Assembly (NCBI GenBank): GCA_040757035.1
Contig: JBFLYM010000003.1
Location: 1,079-65,078, forward strand
DNA: 64,000 nucleotides
Source of the DNA: Candidatus Micrarchaeota archaeon
GTDB taxonomy: Archaea > Micrarchaeota > Micrarchaeia > Anstonellales > Bilamarchaeaceae
Direction of reading: 5' to 3'
Below the pieces are notes generated by a model that worked only from the letters and a program-made list of their open reading frames with translations, had not been told where the DNA came from and searched no databases. Made by a program: the position numbers and the translations under genes. Within the stretch, counting starts at the first letter, position 1. Each line of letters opens with the position of its first letter. Positions 10,746 through 22,993 of the stretch are shown piece by piece.

Positions 10746-12080
10746 TCATTCATTTTTGTTCCGTTCTATCCTGCTTATTAGTACCTGTAATATCGGTGGC
10801 GTAACCAACGTTGTCAATAATGCCATTGCTGCTATCATTGAATATTCTGATACATCGAGTATTTTTGTTGTCAAACCAATAGAAGCGACAATTAGCGCGA
10901 CTTCCCCCCTTGGAGCCATGCCAAAACCAACTATTGCGGCTTCTAAAAATTTCAATTTTGCCATAAATGCAGCGCCGCAGCAACCAACAAACTTTGTTAA
11001 GATTGCTAAAACTGAAAGTATCAATATTGGTACGAAAAAGTTTACTAAAGAACTCACATCCATAAACGTACCTAATGAAATGAAAAATATCGGCATAAAT
11101 AACATTTCTAAACCGAACGTTTTCTCTTCAATTTCAGCGCGATGCTTGCTTCTATTTAATATAATTCCGGCCATAAATGCTCCGACAATGGCGGATAGTT
11201 TTACGAATTCTGCGAAATAAGCATAAAATAATACAAATGCAAGGATGAGCATGAAATGTTTTGGATTCATCTCTTCTTGATCAAGATATCTCAAAAAGTA
11301 GTTTCCAGCTAATACGCTACCAACAAGAAACACTGCTGCAGTGATCAGTGTAAGGAGCAATGATATACCAATTGATTCTACTCCTCCTCCACTAGTATTT
11401 GTAATATTTATGACAAAGGATAACACAAGCAGGCCCAAAATATCATCCAAAATTGCTGCTCCGATTATTATTTCTGCAAATCTTTCATTAAGTAGCTTAG
11501 CTTCTTTCAAAATAGCCACAGTTACACCAACGGATGTTGCGGTCAAAGCAGCAGCTACAAACATTGAATATGCAAAGCTTCCATCTGTGTGACTGGCATA
11601 TAAATAGCCTACTATAAACGGCAGAATTATACCTGCTACTGCAACTACTAAACTATCAAATGCAAAAATGCGTTCTAGTTTGTTGTGCATACCGACCTTA
11701 AATAGTAAAATAACGGCTCCCAATTGTGCAAAAACACTTAGTATTGTTTCCAGTTGTAGGATATTTGGTGGATTTGTTGGAAGCTGAATTGGAAGATTTA
11801 GTGATTGCAAAAATCCCCAAGAAAGATGGAGGAAACTAGGGCTCATGAAAAGCCCCAGAATCATTAAGATCATGACTGAGGGTTGTTTTGTATATGCGAC
11901 AACTAATTCTCCTGCTATAGCTAACAATAAAAGGAAAACAATCTCAAAATAGATGTGTTTGTTTCCTTCAACTTCTCCAAAAAGGCTTGTTCTGATAACT
12001 GAAATTATTAATAAAATAAAAATTCCAAGCATCAGTAATCCTATCAATGGTGTTGCTTTCTCTATCGTTTTTTTTAGCAT
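10746..12080 (-). CDS. Cation:proton antiporter (CPA2, NapA-like)
   Basis: ATSVGVTV, AAILDDILG, GAFMAG and PRGE motifs. Start is uncertain (12080 or 12119). Confidence 0.9.
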   Translation of the reverse strand: MLKKTIEKATPLIGLLMLGIFILLIISVIRTSLFGEVEGNKHIYFEIVFLLLLAIAGELVVAYTKQPSVMILMILGLFMSPSFLHLSWGFLQSLNLPIQLPTNPPNILQLETILSVFAQLGAVILLFKVGMHNKLERIFAFDSLVVAVAGIILPFIVGYLYASHTDGSFAYSMFVAAALTATSVGVTVAILKEAKLLNERFAEIIIGAAILDDILGLLVLSFVINITNTSGGGVESIGISLLLTLITAAVFLVGSVLAGNYFLRYLDQEEMNPKHFMLILAFVLFYAYFAEFVKLSAIVGAFMAGIILNRSKHRAEIEEKTFGLEMLFMPIFFISLGTFMDVSSLVNFFVPILILSVLAILTKFVGCCGAAFMAKLKFLEAAIVGFGMAPRGEVALIVASIGLTTKILDVSEYSMIAAMALLTTLVTPPILQVLISRIERNKNE

Positions 12081-12181
12081 ATAAATGCCTTTGATGGAAA
12101 ATAATTTATATTTTTCCATCAGTGCATGTTGTTCGCAATCTAATTAATAGCTTTAATAATGTTATTACGTTAATGTTTTAC

Positions 12182-12409
12182 ATGAAAACTGCAAACATTA
12201 ATGCTCGTATAGAAGATTGGATATATTCAAAGGCCAAAGAGATGAATATAAACATCTCAGAAATAGTAAGGGACGCACTTATAAGTGAGCTCGAAAGGAG
12301 GCGCGCTGAAGCGATCATGAAGGAATTGGATATTGCCTCTGCCGCTGCCAAAAAAATCGGAAAGCGAATGTTAGTAAAAAGCATACGACATGCTAGGGAT
12401 AAACGATGA
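12182..12409 (+). CDS. RHH/CcdA-like antitoxin (VapB-type)
   Basis: INARI...AKEMNINISEIVRDALISEL...LVKSIRHARDKR; ATGA overlap with a PIN-like start. Confidence 0.75.
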   Translation: MKTANINARIEDWIYSKAKEMNINISEIVRDALISELERRRAEAIMKELDIASAAAKKIGKRMLVKSIRHARDKR

Positions 12410-12466
12410 AGATATACGATGCTTCTGCCCTTTTCGAAGCAGTTGCCAAAAAGGAAATAGATTTGT
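12406..12466 (+). pseudogene. Truncated PIN-domain (VapC) toxin remnant
   Basis: MKIYDASALFEAV matches a PIN N-terminus; similarity ends after about 20 codons and no later acidic residues follow. Confidence 0.65.
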
Positions 12467-12632
12467 TTAGTTTTAACTTTACAAAAATTTTTAAAACTTC
12501 AGTTAGTCGCCATAGCGAGCACTTATCAGCATTTCGGCAGATTTTTAAGCGTTTACTTGGTATTTATATTAATTATCATTCTACGAGAGTATATTTTGAG
12601 TTTTGAAATAAGTTAAGTACAAGCTTTTATGG

Positions 12633-12917
12633 GTGAAAAAAATGGTCTGTTATATTTTATCTGTTATATGCGCGGTTTTTGTATATGCAATAAGAAAACG
12701 CGTTCGCAATCCGGAACTTCGCTCGCTTAATCTTATGCTTTTTGGAGGGGCAATTTTTGGATTTGTGGATCATTTGTGGAACGGCGAACTTTTTGCGAGC
12801 GCTGATATATTTAACGATTTGCTGCTCGGAATAGCGATTGTTTCTTCTATTTTCGGAATTTGGGCTGTTGTTGTTTATACCACCTCGCTAAAAAAACTGA
12901 ACAAAATACCGCTATGA
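12633..12917 (+). CDS. Small membrane protein (about 3 TM)
   Basis: Hydrophobic ORF containing LNLMLFGGAIFGFVDHLWNGE. Confidence 0.65.
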   Translation: MKKMVCYILSVICAVFVYAIRKRVRNPELRSLNLMLFGGAIFGFVDHLWNGELFASADIFNDLLLGIAIVSSIFGIWAVVVYTTSLKKLNKIPL

Positions 12918-12977
12918 GCGCAGCTTCGCAAAAATCAAAATTATAAAAATAGTATTCATATTTTAAGGATAAGATGA

Positions 12978-14912
<1,935 letters not shown>

Positions 14913-15422
14913 TTATGAATATCCAAACATAACACTAGATAACAATAAGAAGAGTATCGATAACAACAAAGATCCTACAACTGCTGAAAGAAGATTTGCG
15001 CAGAACGAAACAATTAACGATTTCTTTAGATTGAGTTTGAAGATGTGAGCAAGCACAAATGCTTCGAGTATGAAAATAGCAAATTCGCAGATAAACGCGA
15101 ATGTTATATCATCTAGTACTCTTATGTTATACTTGATAGACATAAAATGAATCGTCAAAAGCCAGAATAAAGTGACTGAAATTGCATTTATCCCAATACC
15201 AGCAAGCAATATTTTTTGGTTAGATTCCTTTCCACGCAAAAAATACCAGTAAACCGGAGTTTCAAGTATGATCGCAAAAAGTATGGAAAAAACAAAAACT
15301 AGTAGAGGTTTTATGAAAACTTCCGCACCTACATCCATTGGATCAGCATAAATTAGATGAATGGCAAACAAAAAAGTAAAAAATACTAGCACTACGTTTT
15401 TCATTTTCTTCTCCCCGTCCAT
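14913..15422 (-). CDS. Hypothetical membrane protein
   Basis: Several hydrophobic helices with intramembrane E and N residues. Confidence 0.6.
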   Translation of the reverse strand: MDGEKKMKNVVLVFFTFLFAIHLIYADPMDVGAEVFIKPLLVFVFSILFAIILETPVYWYFLRGKESNQKILLAGIGINAISVTLFWLLTIHFMSIKYNIRVLDDITFAFICEFAIFILEAFVLAHIFKLNLKKSLIVSFCANLLSAVVGSLLLSILFLLLSSVMFGYS

Positions 15423-15434
15423 GTTTATAATCTT

Positions 15435-17300
15435 TTAGTTGAGCTCAATATATTTTATATCATCCAAATTTTTCATTCTGCTGAATTTCAGCATGCTATT
15501 GGATATTGTATAAATTACGTCTTCAATATAACCGCTTCTTAATATTGCGTAATCAGAATCGCCCCAATAATACCCACTTTTCAAAAACTCATCCGCATTT
15601 TTTACATGCGTTATTCTTCCTTGTAGATTTATTCCTTTTACCGGCGAAATCTCTAATACGTATGCCCCTTGCCACACATAGTCTCCATGTATATATGCAG
15701 GCGGTTTTCCCTCGTATTTCTCTTCATCTATCTCTGCAAGCAAAACAGGGAGAATCATTATTCCTTTCTCCTTACTGAAAAGAAATGCCTTGTGATCTCT
15801 TAACACTTCGCTGTCCGTTCCTCTATCCCCAATATTATATTTTGCAATTTCCTTCGGTTTCTCAACATTACTTACATCAAAAAGAGCAATCTTTATTCCT
15901 TGATACCATACAAAATCACCTTGTTCAGCTTCTACTGTTTCCTTTCCTATTCCGATAAGATGATTTTCATCATATGGATGAAGGTAATCCGAATATCCAG
16001 GTATTTTTAGCTTTCCAAGCACTTTTGGCTCTTTTGGATTTTCAAGGCTTATTACAAAAAGAGGATCAATTTTCTTGAATGTAACAAGATACGCTTTGTT
16101 TCCAATAAACCTTGCAGAATGTATTCGTTCTTTCGGTGCAAGATTTTCAATCTTTCCCACTATTTCCATTTTTTCGTTCAATACATAAATATTATTTGTT
16201 TCGTCTTGCCATCTCCCCCATCTCCCACTTGTTGTCGCAACTCTAAAATAGCCATTGTATTCATCCATGGAAAACTGATTTAGCACCCTGCCCGGAACTC
16301 TTCCGATTGCGCCAGGCTTTATTTCTCCATCTTTTATGCCAACTTTTGCGATTTCAGTGTCACTGCCCATTGTGTTTGTAAGATATATGTTCTTCTGTGA
16401 AACAAAAAGATCCTGAGGCGAGCCAATCAAAAACACCTTGCTTTTTTGCGTATGATTTTTCAGATCAATAGCCACAACTTGGGCAAAGGCGCTAATTTGT
16501 TTTGTTTTGTCAAAATAATACATATCCGGAAATTCGGATCCAAAATCTCCAAAATTCAGGGTTTGGAGATTTTCACCCTTCTCATTAGTATAATAATAGT
16601 ATCTAAGCGGTTGTGTTACTATAAGATATATATAATCCTCGATCATTCTTGCGTCAAAATAATAGCCATGATAAGTAAACATATCCGTGAGTTTTGGATT
16701 TTCTCTATTTGAGATATTATAAATTTCTACTATTGTATTTGCGCCATAGAATGGTGGTGTGCATCTGTAATTTTCTGCACATTTAAAATCGGTCATATAG
16801 TTAATACTTTCAAACAACACTAACATATTTTTATTTATAAATATTTCTTCTGCGGTAGTATTCAATGTTGCAACAATTTTCGCATCTTCGGCAGGATACG
16901 CCTTTACAATATGGACTTTTCCTTTTGTAATTATATAGAGATATTCACCATCGCTTTTTACAATGTCTGGTTCGTCAACACCTATCACTTGAATGTTTGT
17001 TGTAGAATAATCAAAACCAGGAGTAGTAGGAGTAGAAAATGCATCAGCTTTCCCCATCACCCTTTTTCCTGCCGTTATATAAAATTCGGGTGATCCTGTT
17101 TCAGACCCTTTGGTTTTTAGAAGTTGTTCTAATTCAGCCGGCGAGGAAATTTTCTTTAGTCCTGTTGTAGTATTACTTAAGTTCACTTGTTCTACGTGTG
17201 TCTGATTATTTGGAAGATTAGGAAGTTGTTCGCCTAAACAGCCGATCAACAGACAGCTAAGTAAAAGGACAGAACACAAAATCTTAAAAATTACTCGCAT
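15435..17300 (-). CDS. Secreted beta-propeller-domain protein (lipoprotein-like signal)
   Basis: YSTTNIQVIGVDEPDIVKSDG, LNQFSMDEY, VTFKKIDPLFVI and LKIPGYSDYLHP; LIGC lipobox-like N-terminus. Confidence 0.85.
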   Translation of the reverse strand: MRVIFKILCSVLLLSCLLIGCLGEQLPNLPNNQTHVEQVNLSNTTTGLKKISSPAELEQLLKTKGSETGSPEFYITAGKRVMGKADAFSTPTTPGFDYSTTNIQVIGVDEPDIVKSDGEYLYIITKGKVHIVKAYPAEDAKIVATLNTTAEEIFINKNMLVLFESINYMTDFKCAENYRCTPPFYGANTIVEIYNISNRENPKLTDMFTYHGYYFDARMIEDYIYLIVTQPLRYYYYTNEKGENLQTLNFGDFGSEFPDMYYFDKTKQISAFAQVVAIDLKNHTQKSKVFLIGSPQDLFVSQKNIYLTNTMGSDTEIAKVGIKDGEIKPGAIGRVPGRVLNQFSMDEYNGYFRVATTSGRWGRWQDETNNIYVLNEKMEIVGKIENLAPKERIHSARFIGNKAYLVTFKKIDPLFVISLENPKEPKVLGKLKIPGYSDYLHPYDENHLIGIGKETVEAEQGDFVWYQGIKIALFDVSNVEKPKEIAKYNIGDRGTDSEVLRDHKAFLFSKEKGIMILPVLLAEIDEEKYEGKPPAYIHGDYVWQGAYVLEISPVKGINLQGRITHVKNADEFLKSGYYWGDSDYAILRSGYIEDVIYTISNSMLKFSRMKNLDDIKYIELN

Positions 17301-17430
17301 AAGCAAATTTGTAATAAAGCTCTTTTTATATGTTCCTATTTTGTTTGGTATAGTAAACCAATACACAATAATTCTTCAGTATCTAATCTTTGATCCGAAT
17401 TACCTTGCTGGTTTGCTATAAAAATTTAAA

Positions 17431-18378
17431 TCAACCCACCCATCCTAACAATTTTGAAATTCCAAGAAAGATAAAATTACATAGTGCAATTATTGGAAGC
17501 GCAGACAATACAGTTTTCTCCTTTGCGATCAATATGAAAAGCACAAACAATGAAAAAACCGATGCGCTAAATGTTATTATTGAATACATTAAATTGATTT
17601 GATATCCGGAAACTCCTAAAATTATTGGCACAATAATGTCTCCTGTTCCGAGTTCAAATCGTATTTCGCCCCGCGTGCTTTGTTGAACCGAAGATATAAG
17701 AAAAGCCGTTTCTCTTTTTGATAACACCATTGCCATTTTTACCATATGTTTGGTTTTGAACACAGCAATATAGTCATAAATTGAGAGCAATACAAGAAAT
17801 AGTAAAGCTTGATGAAAATTGAATGAAAGCCCGAAAACTGCGCCAGCTCCAGCTGCTGAAATAACAGCTGCGGTATTTTTAAGTTGCGGAAACGCAATTT
17901 TTGAAAATCCGAAACAAAGACCAAGAGCGATTGCAATTACCATTGCGTTAAATTCCAGAAACATCGGCCTTAAGAAAGAATAAAATACAACTGATGAAGA
18001 GAATGAAATTATCGCAAACTCTAAAAGGATAAAAAGCAATTCGCCGCGATAAAATTTTATTATTAAATACATTATAAGCGTTCCAAGTAACACATAAAAG
18101 AAAATGTAAAAAGTGCTGAATTCGTTTGACACTGAAACAATTTGCATATTTTTTACGATTTCATTATGTTTCGCATCTTGGATTATGAAGTTACCTGTGT
18201 GAAGTCCGAGGATTTGTGCTGCAATAAATAACAAAATGATGTGGGCAAAAATTAGAACAATTTTGTATTTTTCATTTTTTTTATCAAGTTTTTTATCAAG
18301 CTTTTTATCCTTATCAAATATTTCATTTTTATTAAGCGTTGTGGTATTTTCCGTGCGCCGGTTTGTACACCTGTCCAT
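17431..18378 (-). CDS. Presenilin / signal-peptide-peptidase family intramembrane aspartyl protease; start uncertain
   Basis: YDYIAV, LGTGD (GxGD) and SALP (PAL variant) motifs. Confidence 0.85.
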   Translation of the reverse strand: MDRCTNRRTENTTTLNKNEIFDKDKKLDKKLDKKNEKYKIVLIFAHIILLFIAAQILGLHTGNFIIQDAKHNEIVKNMQIVSVSNEFSTFYIFFYVLLGTLIMYLIIKFYRGELLFILLEFAIISFSSSVVFYSFLRPMFLEFNAMVIAIALGLCFGFSKIAFPQLKNTAAVISAAGAGAVFGLSFNFHQALLFLVLLSIYDYIAVFKTKHMVKMAMVLSKRETAFLISSVQQSTRGEIRFELGTGDIIVPIILGVSGYQINLMYSIITFSASVFSLFVLFILIAKEKTVLSALPIIALCNFIFLGISKLLGWVG

Positions 18379-20368
18379 TCCTCACCAACTCTGAAAGTAT
18401 TCTCATCACTAGCTGCTCCTCTATGTTATAGTTTTTTGCTTCGTTTATTATCTGATTCTCTTCTGCAACATCAAATTTTTTGCACAGTTCCTTTATTATT
18501 TCAAAAACTATTTCGCTCCTCTCGAGCTGGCTTTTTGTTTTTCCAGTTTCAATTATGCTAACATCAGCAAGCCCGGTTTCTTTATCTGTCATCACCTTTT
18601 CCATGACATAATTCATTAGATTAATCGCAACCTCTGCATCTAAAGATTCAACATTTTGGCTTAGTCTCATTTTCGCGTTCGCTTCAGATAATCTAATAAG
18701 CCCTTCAAGATAACGCGGAGTGATAGGTACAGTCCCCGAATTCCTTCCCCTTCCCCTTAAATCAAGATAGTATTCCTTTAATTTATCCATTGCCTCTCTT
18801 GTAAGTTTTGGGAAAACGTGCCTTCGCGAATACGAAATATATTTGCGCAAAAATTCTTTATCTACTAATTCTACATCAGGTGTTTTTTCGGCTTCGCTCA
18901 GCGACGCTTGTTGGTGCGCACTTAAGATATACTCCGCCAATTTTGTATCTTTTTCAACATCTAATATATCCAAAATTGGAAATATCAAATCAAAACGCGA
19001 CATTAGCGAAGGCGGAATGTCAAATTGTTCAACCAAATTTTTGTTTTGATTAAATCTTCCGAATTTAGGATTGGCGGCAGCGAGAATTGCTGTTTTGGTT
19101 TTAAATGTAGCGACAAGACCTGCTTTTGCGATACTTACTGTTTGGCTTTCCATTACTTCATGTAATGCCGCCCTATCTTCATCTTCTATTTTATCAAATT
19201 CATCTATTGCCGCGAGTCCTCCGCTTGCAAGAACAAGAGCTCCGGCTTTGAGCGTCCAACCGCCTCCGCTTAATTCGTCTTTTTCAACTGCGACAGTAAG
19301 TCCCACCCCAGAAACCGATTTGCCGCTCACATAAATTTTTTTTGGTGCGATATCCATTACGCTCTGCAAAAATCTGGATTTGGCTATTCCTGGATCACCA
19401 ATCAATATTATATGTATGTCGTCTCTTATTGGCAGTCCTTTAGTTGTTTTTCCTTTTGTTCCACCAAACATTTGAAGCGCGATCGCGTATTTGACTTCGC
19501 TATGTCCGTAAATTGAAGGCGCAATAGATTCGGTTATTTTTTTTACAAGCTGCGCGTCCTTGGAAAAATCACTTATTCTTTTTTCGTCTTCCTTTGAAAT
19601 TTCTATTTCTTCAAAATCCCTGCGCAAATTTCTGATTGAATTAACCTCTAAGTATCTTCCATAAATCATCTCTTGTTTTCCTTTCTGCGCAATTGGCGGT
19701 TTTAATCTCAAAATGCCTGCTATTTCAACATTGTCTCCTGGTACAAGAGAATTTACGATATCATCTTCTATCCAAAGCTCTATTTTTGCTGCTGGTGTTC
19801 CACCTCGCACGCGTTCAAGCAATTCTTGCGTTTCTGCTTTTTGCAAATCTACAAATTTGCTTTCTTCATCTATTTGCTTGAGGGCTATTCTTTTGCATGA
19901 TTCGCACCTCTTAAGTGGGACAAAATTTCTTTCAACAATTATCTTATAAATTGAGTCGCATACTTGACATTTATAAACCGCGATCTGCATTTTGTGCATT
20001 ACGTCTGCGCGCCTATTCACCACGCCCTTTACCGAAATTAATTCACCAAGATTTTTTGAACTTATATTTTCTATAAGCAAATTGCGGTCAGGAACGTTGA
20101 AGAAGCGTATATTTGGCGAGAAAACTCCATGACCTGGCACAATTCTGTTCAATCTTTTTATCGCTTCATTTGCAGCGGCTATTACTTCATCCGGTTTTTC
20201 TATCAATCTATTTGTTATATCCGGATCATACTTATCCAAATCGTGGTAATCCACATTAAGGCTTTTTTTTGCAGGATAGTGCGCAATTAGTTCGTTTATT
20301 TTTAGAGAATAAACTGAATCAAAAAAATCATACAATGCTTCTACAAGAGAAGATAAATCTTCGTCCAT
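18332..20368 (-). CDS. mcm: Replicative helicase MCM
   Basis: C4 zinc finger, GDPGIAKS, IDEFDK, AAANP and SRFD; no intein seen. Confidence 0.97.
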   Translation of the reverse strand: MDEDLSSLVEALYDFFDSVYSLKINELIAHYPAKKSLNVDYHDLDKYDPDITNRLIEKPDEVIAAANEAIKRLNRIVPGHGVFSPNIRFFNVPDRNLLIENISSKNLGELISVKGVVNRRADVMHKMQIAVYKCQVCDSIYKIIVERNFVPLKRCESCKRIALKQIDEESKFVDLQKAETQELLERVRGGTPAAKIELWIEDDIVNSLVPGDNVEIAGILRLKPPIAQKGKQEMIYGRYLEVNSIRNLRRDFEEIEISKEDEKRISDFSKDAQLVKKITESIAPSIYGHSEVKYAIALQMFGGTKGKTTKGLPIRDDIHIILIGDPGIAKSRFLQSVMDIAPKKIYVSGKSVSGVGLTVAVEKDELSGGGWTLKAGALVLASGGLAAIDEFDKIEDEDRAALHEVMESQTVSIAKAGLVATFKTKTAILAAANPKFGRFNQNKNLVEQFDIPPSLMSRFDLIFPILDILDVEKDTKLAEYILSAHQQASLSEAEKTPDVELVDKEFLRKYISYSRRHVFPKLTREAMDKLKEYYLDLRGRGRNSGTVPITPRYLEGLIRLSEANAKMRLSQNVESLDAEVAINLMNYVMEKVMTDKETGLADVSIIETGKTKSQLERSEIVFEIIKELCKKFDVAEENQIINEAKNYNIEEQLVMRILSELVRNGQVYKPAHGKYHNA

Positions 20369-20400
20369 ATTAATCTTTTTGTAAAGTTTTTATCAAGCTA

Positions 20401-21459
20401 TCAAGCTGTTTTGCCATATATCGAATGCATTATTTTGGCCTGCGATTCCAAAGCGTTTTTTATGTATGCCGACATTTCTTCTTCTTTTGCTGTTAGCGTT
20501 CTTTTTTTTATTATATTTTCTATTATCATATCTTCTATTTCATTTGTTTTGCTGCTACCGATAAGCGCTGAGAGTTTTTTTATTTCAGATTTATATAGTA
20601 ACATATCCGAAAATGCTTCATCGGTATTTGTTTTCATAGTTTTCATAGAATTGTAATAAATTTGTATTATACTTCGTACGGTATCCATTGTAATAGCATA
20701 CGTAATTGTTTCTGCCATTCTTAAATTGTTATATATAACAGAATCAAAATTGGTTTTGTAGCCATGCGAATATGCAAATTTGCGAACTGAATTTATATCT
20801 GACATCTCTGCGACTTTACATGCGTTGTTGATGTTTCCTTTTTTAGATTCTGACGATACTATATCTATTTTGAGTTTATACAGATTTAATTGTTCGTTTA
20901 CCTTACTTATAAAAGCATGTATAAACATTTTTTTATCTGGATGTTGTTTTAGATAATCATTTATTATATCCCATGACGCATCAAGCGTTTCTGCGTTAAC
21001 TATTTTCTGCGCAGTTTTATCATCAACACCCATCTCAATAAGTGCGTTACATGATATTTCTTTAACTTTTTTTAGCAAGATTCCTTTTGTAAATTTGCAA
21101 AGCTCACCTTTTCCTTTTTCTTTGAGTAAGCATGCTGCCTCTTTTGCAACGTCACCACTCATTAGATTATGAGTTATCTTTTCTAGTTCTTTTGCTATTT
21201 CATCAATTGTTTTATCTTTATAATTAGATAATATCTCAGATTTTTCGAATGTTCGATCAAAGATTGAATTATAAATAAGAGAAATTGGTTTGCACAAAAT
21301 GAAAGAAACTGGTTTAAATATCAGATGTATCGGTATACGTAATATTTTTATTATTTTTTCGTCATCAGTCTTTGGTGTAGTTTCATCTTTTTTCTTTTCT
21401 TTTTGTTCTTTTTCTGGTTCTTTTGTAAGAACCGTTTGCCCTAAAATCATTCTTACCAC
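20401..21459 (-). CDS. Hypothetical helical orphan protein
   Basis: 352-aa ORF with no recognisable motif. Confidence 0.6.
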   Translation of the reverse strand: MVRMILGQTVLTKEPEKEQKEKKKDETTPKTDDEKIIKILRIPIHLIFKPVSFILCKPISLIYNSIFDRTFEKSEILSNYKDKTIDEIAKELEKITHNLMSGDVAKEAACLLKEKGKGELCKFTKGILLKKVKEISCNALIEMGVDDKTAQKIVNAETLDASWDIINDYLKQHPDKKMFIHAFISKVNEQLNLYKLKIDIVSSESKKGNINNACKVAEMSDINSVRKFAYSHGYKTNFDSVIYNNLRMAETITYAITMDTVRSIIQIYYNSMKTMKTNTDEAFSDMLLYKSEIKKLSALIGSSKTNEIEDMIIENIIKKRTLTAKEEEMSAYIKNALESQAKIMHSIYGKTA

Positions 21460-21583
21460 ATATATACAATTTTGCCACTTATAATAACCAATTAAAGATT
21501 AATTAATCTATGTCCATATCCCTTTCTTTTTAAAATAATGCAAAACATACGATTTATAAACTCTTGTAAAATATAAATTAATC

Positions 21584-21742
21584 ATGGAAAAAAAAGTAGC
21601 AATGCCAATGAGCAGTGCGGGTATTTTTGGGATAGGCTCAAATATGGAGCTTGCCGGTATAAAAATTAGTCCGAAGACAGTGTTTGTAGGCGCGCTTATT
21701 TTCATATTTGTAATAAAAATAGCAGACAAGCTGATTAGATAA
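21584..21742 (+). CDS. secG: Preprotein translocase subunit Sec61beta (not in the ORF track)
   Basis: 52 aa: MEKKVAMPMSSAGIFG...GIKISPKTVFVGALIFIFVIKIA, with the SAG motif, K-I-S-P and one TM helix. Confidence 0.88.
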   Translation: MEKKVAMPMSSAGIFGIGSNMELAGIKISPKTVFVGALIFIFVIKIADKLIR

Positions 21743-21770
21743 ATTTTGGTAAATCTAGAATGCTTTTGCG

Positions 21771-21806
21771 CATCAGTAATGCTTCATCGAAACCTGGTAT
21801 AACTTG
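21771..21806 (-). pseudogene. Relic of an FKBP/SlyD peptidyl-prolyl isomerase
   Basis: Intergenic DNA translates to QVIPGFDEALLM, with an in-frame stop two codons upstream. Confidence 0.45.
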
Positions 21807-21871
21807 ACTTTACAAAACGCGCGCGCTTTTACAATGACTTCTGGCCGAAGTCCATGGCTTCCATCAATTTT

Positions 21872-22993
21872 TTAAAGTCCAGTATAATCACGACAGATTT
21901 TTTCTAGTTTTTTTCGTTGCGCAGCTGGAGAAAGCACAAGTATTTTTTTCCGCGATTCCTCGGCTAATTTAAGCGCTTTCACAAGTTCGGATATGCGGCT
22001 TATTTCGTATTTTTTTCCATCATGCATTCTTATTTTAAATCCTGAAGGTTTGAAAAAATTTCGTGCGACATCAATGATAACATCGCATTTTGCCAGTGAA
22101 CAAAGCTCTTTTTCTATTTTTTCAATTTTCGTTTTGTTTAGCTGCTGCTGATTAAGAGAATACGCTTCTTTGTAAAGCTTTCTGTTAAGCAATGCTTTAA
22201 CATAAAATTTCGCATTTTTCCTTTTAGAGAGTAGATTGAGCGCTTCCAAATCGCCGATATTCAAAAATTGTTCTGCTTTAAGTCCGTCAACAAGCGCGTT
22301 TTGTATTGCGCGCTCCAACATTGCCGATGCTATGCGTGCAGTATGGTGCAGATAAACAGTAGAAAACATCATGAAGCGCGCAATCAATAAGCTTTCGCTT
22401 GATTCCAATGCGCCTTCGTAAACTCCAAGTTCGCCGCGTTCAAAATACATTTTATTGATTATGCGCTCTTCATCTATAATCCCATACGCCACGCCTGTAT
22501 AATACGCATCCCGCTTAAGATAGTCCATTCTATCCGCGCCTATATCAGAAGAAATCAATTTCGCGTATGGAGAAGAACCAAAATCCGCTATCTCTCGCTT
22601 ATTAAAATTTTCCGAGATTAAATCGCCTATTTCTCCGCAAACTATCTTCTTCTTGCCGATCTTTTCATGATCGCCAAGTATTTTTTCGGTTATGTGTTCT
22701 GTTTCATGAGAAAACGCGATGTGCCCTAAATCGTGAAGAAGCGCATATAGTCTTATTTTAGATGTTACATCATGCTCAAATCCAAGTTTTTCTGCAATGC
22801 GCGAAGCAAGATGAAGCGTGCCAAGCGAATGTTCAAATCGCGAATGATTCGCACCTGGATAAACCAAATACGCCGTTGCCAACTGTCTTATTCTTCTCAA
22901 GCGTTGAAAATCGCGCGTGTCAATTATACGATTCTCCAATTCGCTTAATTCTATTGTTCCATGCAGTGGATCCTTTATATTCAAACCAAGCAA
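21872..22993 (-). CDS. HD-domain phosphohydrolase (SAMHD1/dNTPase-like)
   Basis: DPLHG, FQRLRRIRQL, HSRFEHSLG, LLHDLGH..FSH and DRMDYL.RD. Confidence 0.92.
   Translation of the reverse strand: MLGLNIKDPLHGTIELSELENRIIDTRDFQRLRRIRQLATAYLVYPGANHSRFEHSLGTLHLASRIAEKLGFEHDVTSKIRLYALLHDLGHIAFSHETEHITEKILGDHEKIGKKKIVCGEIGDLISENFNKREIADFGSSPYAKLISSDIGADRMDYLKRDAYYTGVAYGIIDEERIINKMYFERGELGVYEGALESSESLLIARFMMFSTVYLHHTARIASAMLERAIQNALVDGLKAEQFLNIGDLEALNLLSKRKNAKFYVKALLNRKLYKEAYSLNQQQLNKTKIEKIEKELCSLAKCDVIIDVARNFFKPSGFKIRMHDGKKYEISRISELVKALKLAEESRKKILVLSPAAQRKKLEKICRDYTGL

Noticed and set aside
21508-21729. 73-aa minus-strand ORF from the track
   Set aside because: Antisense shadow of the Sec61beta gene on the plus strand.
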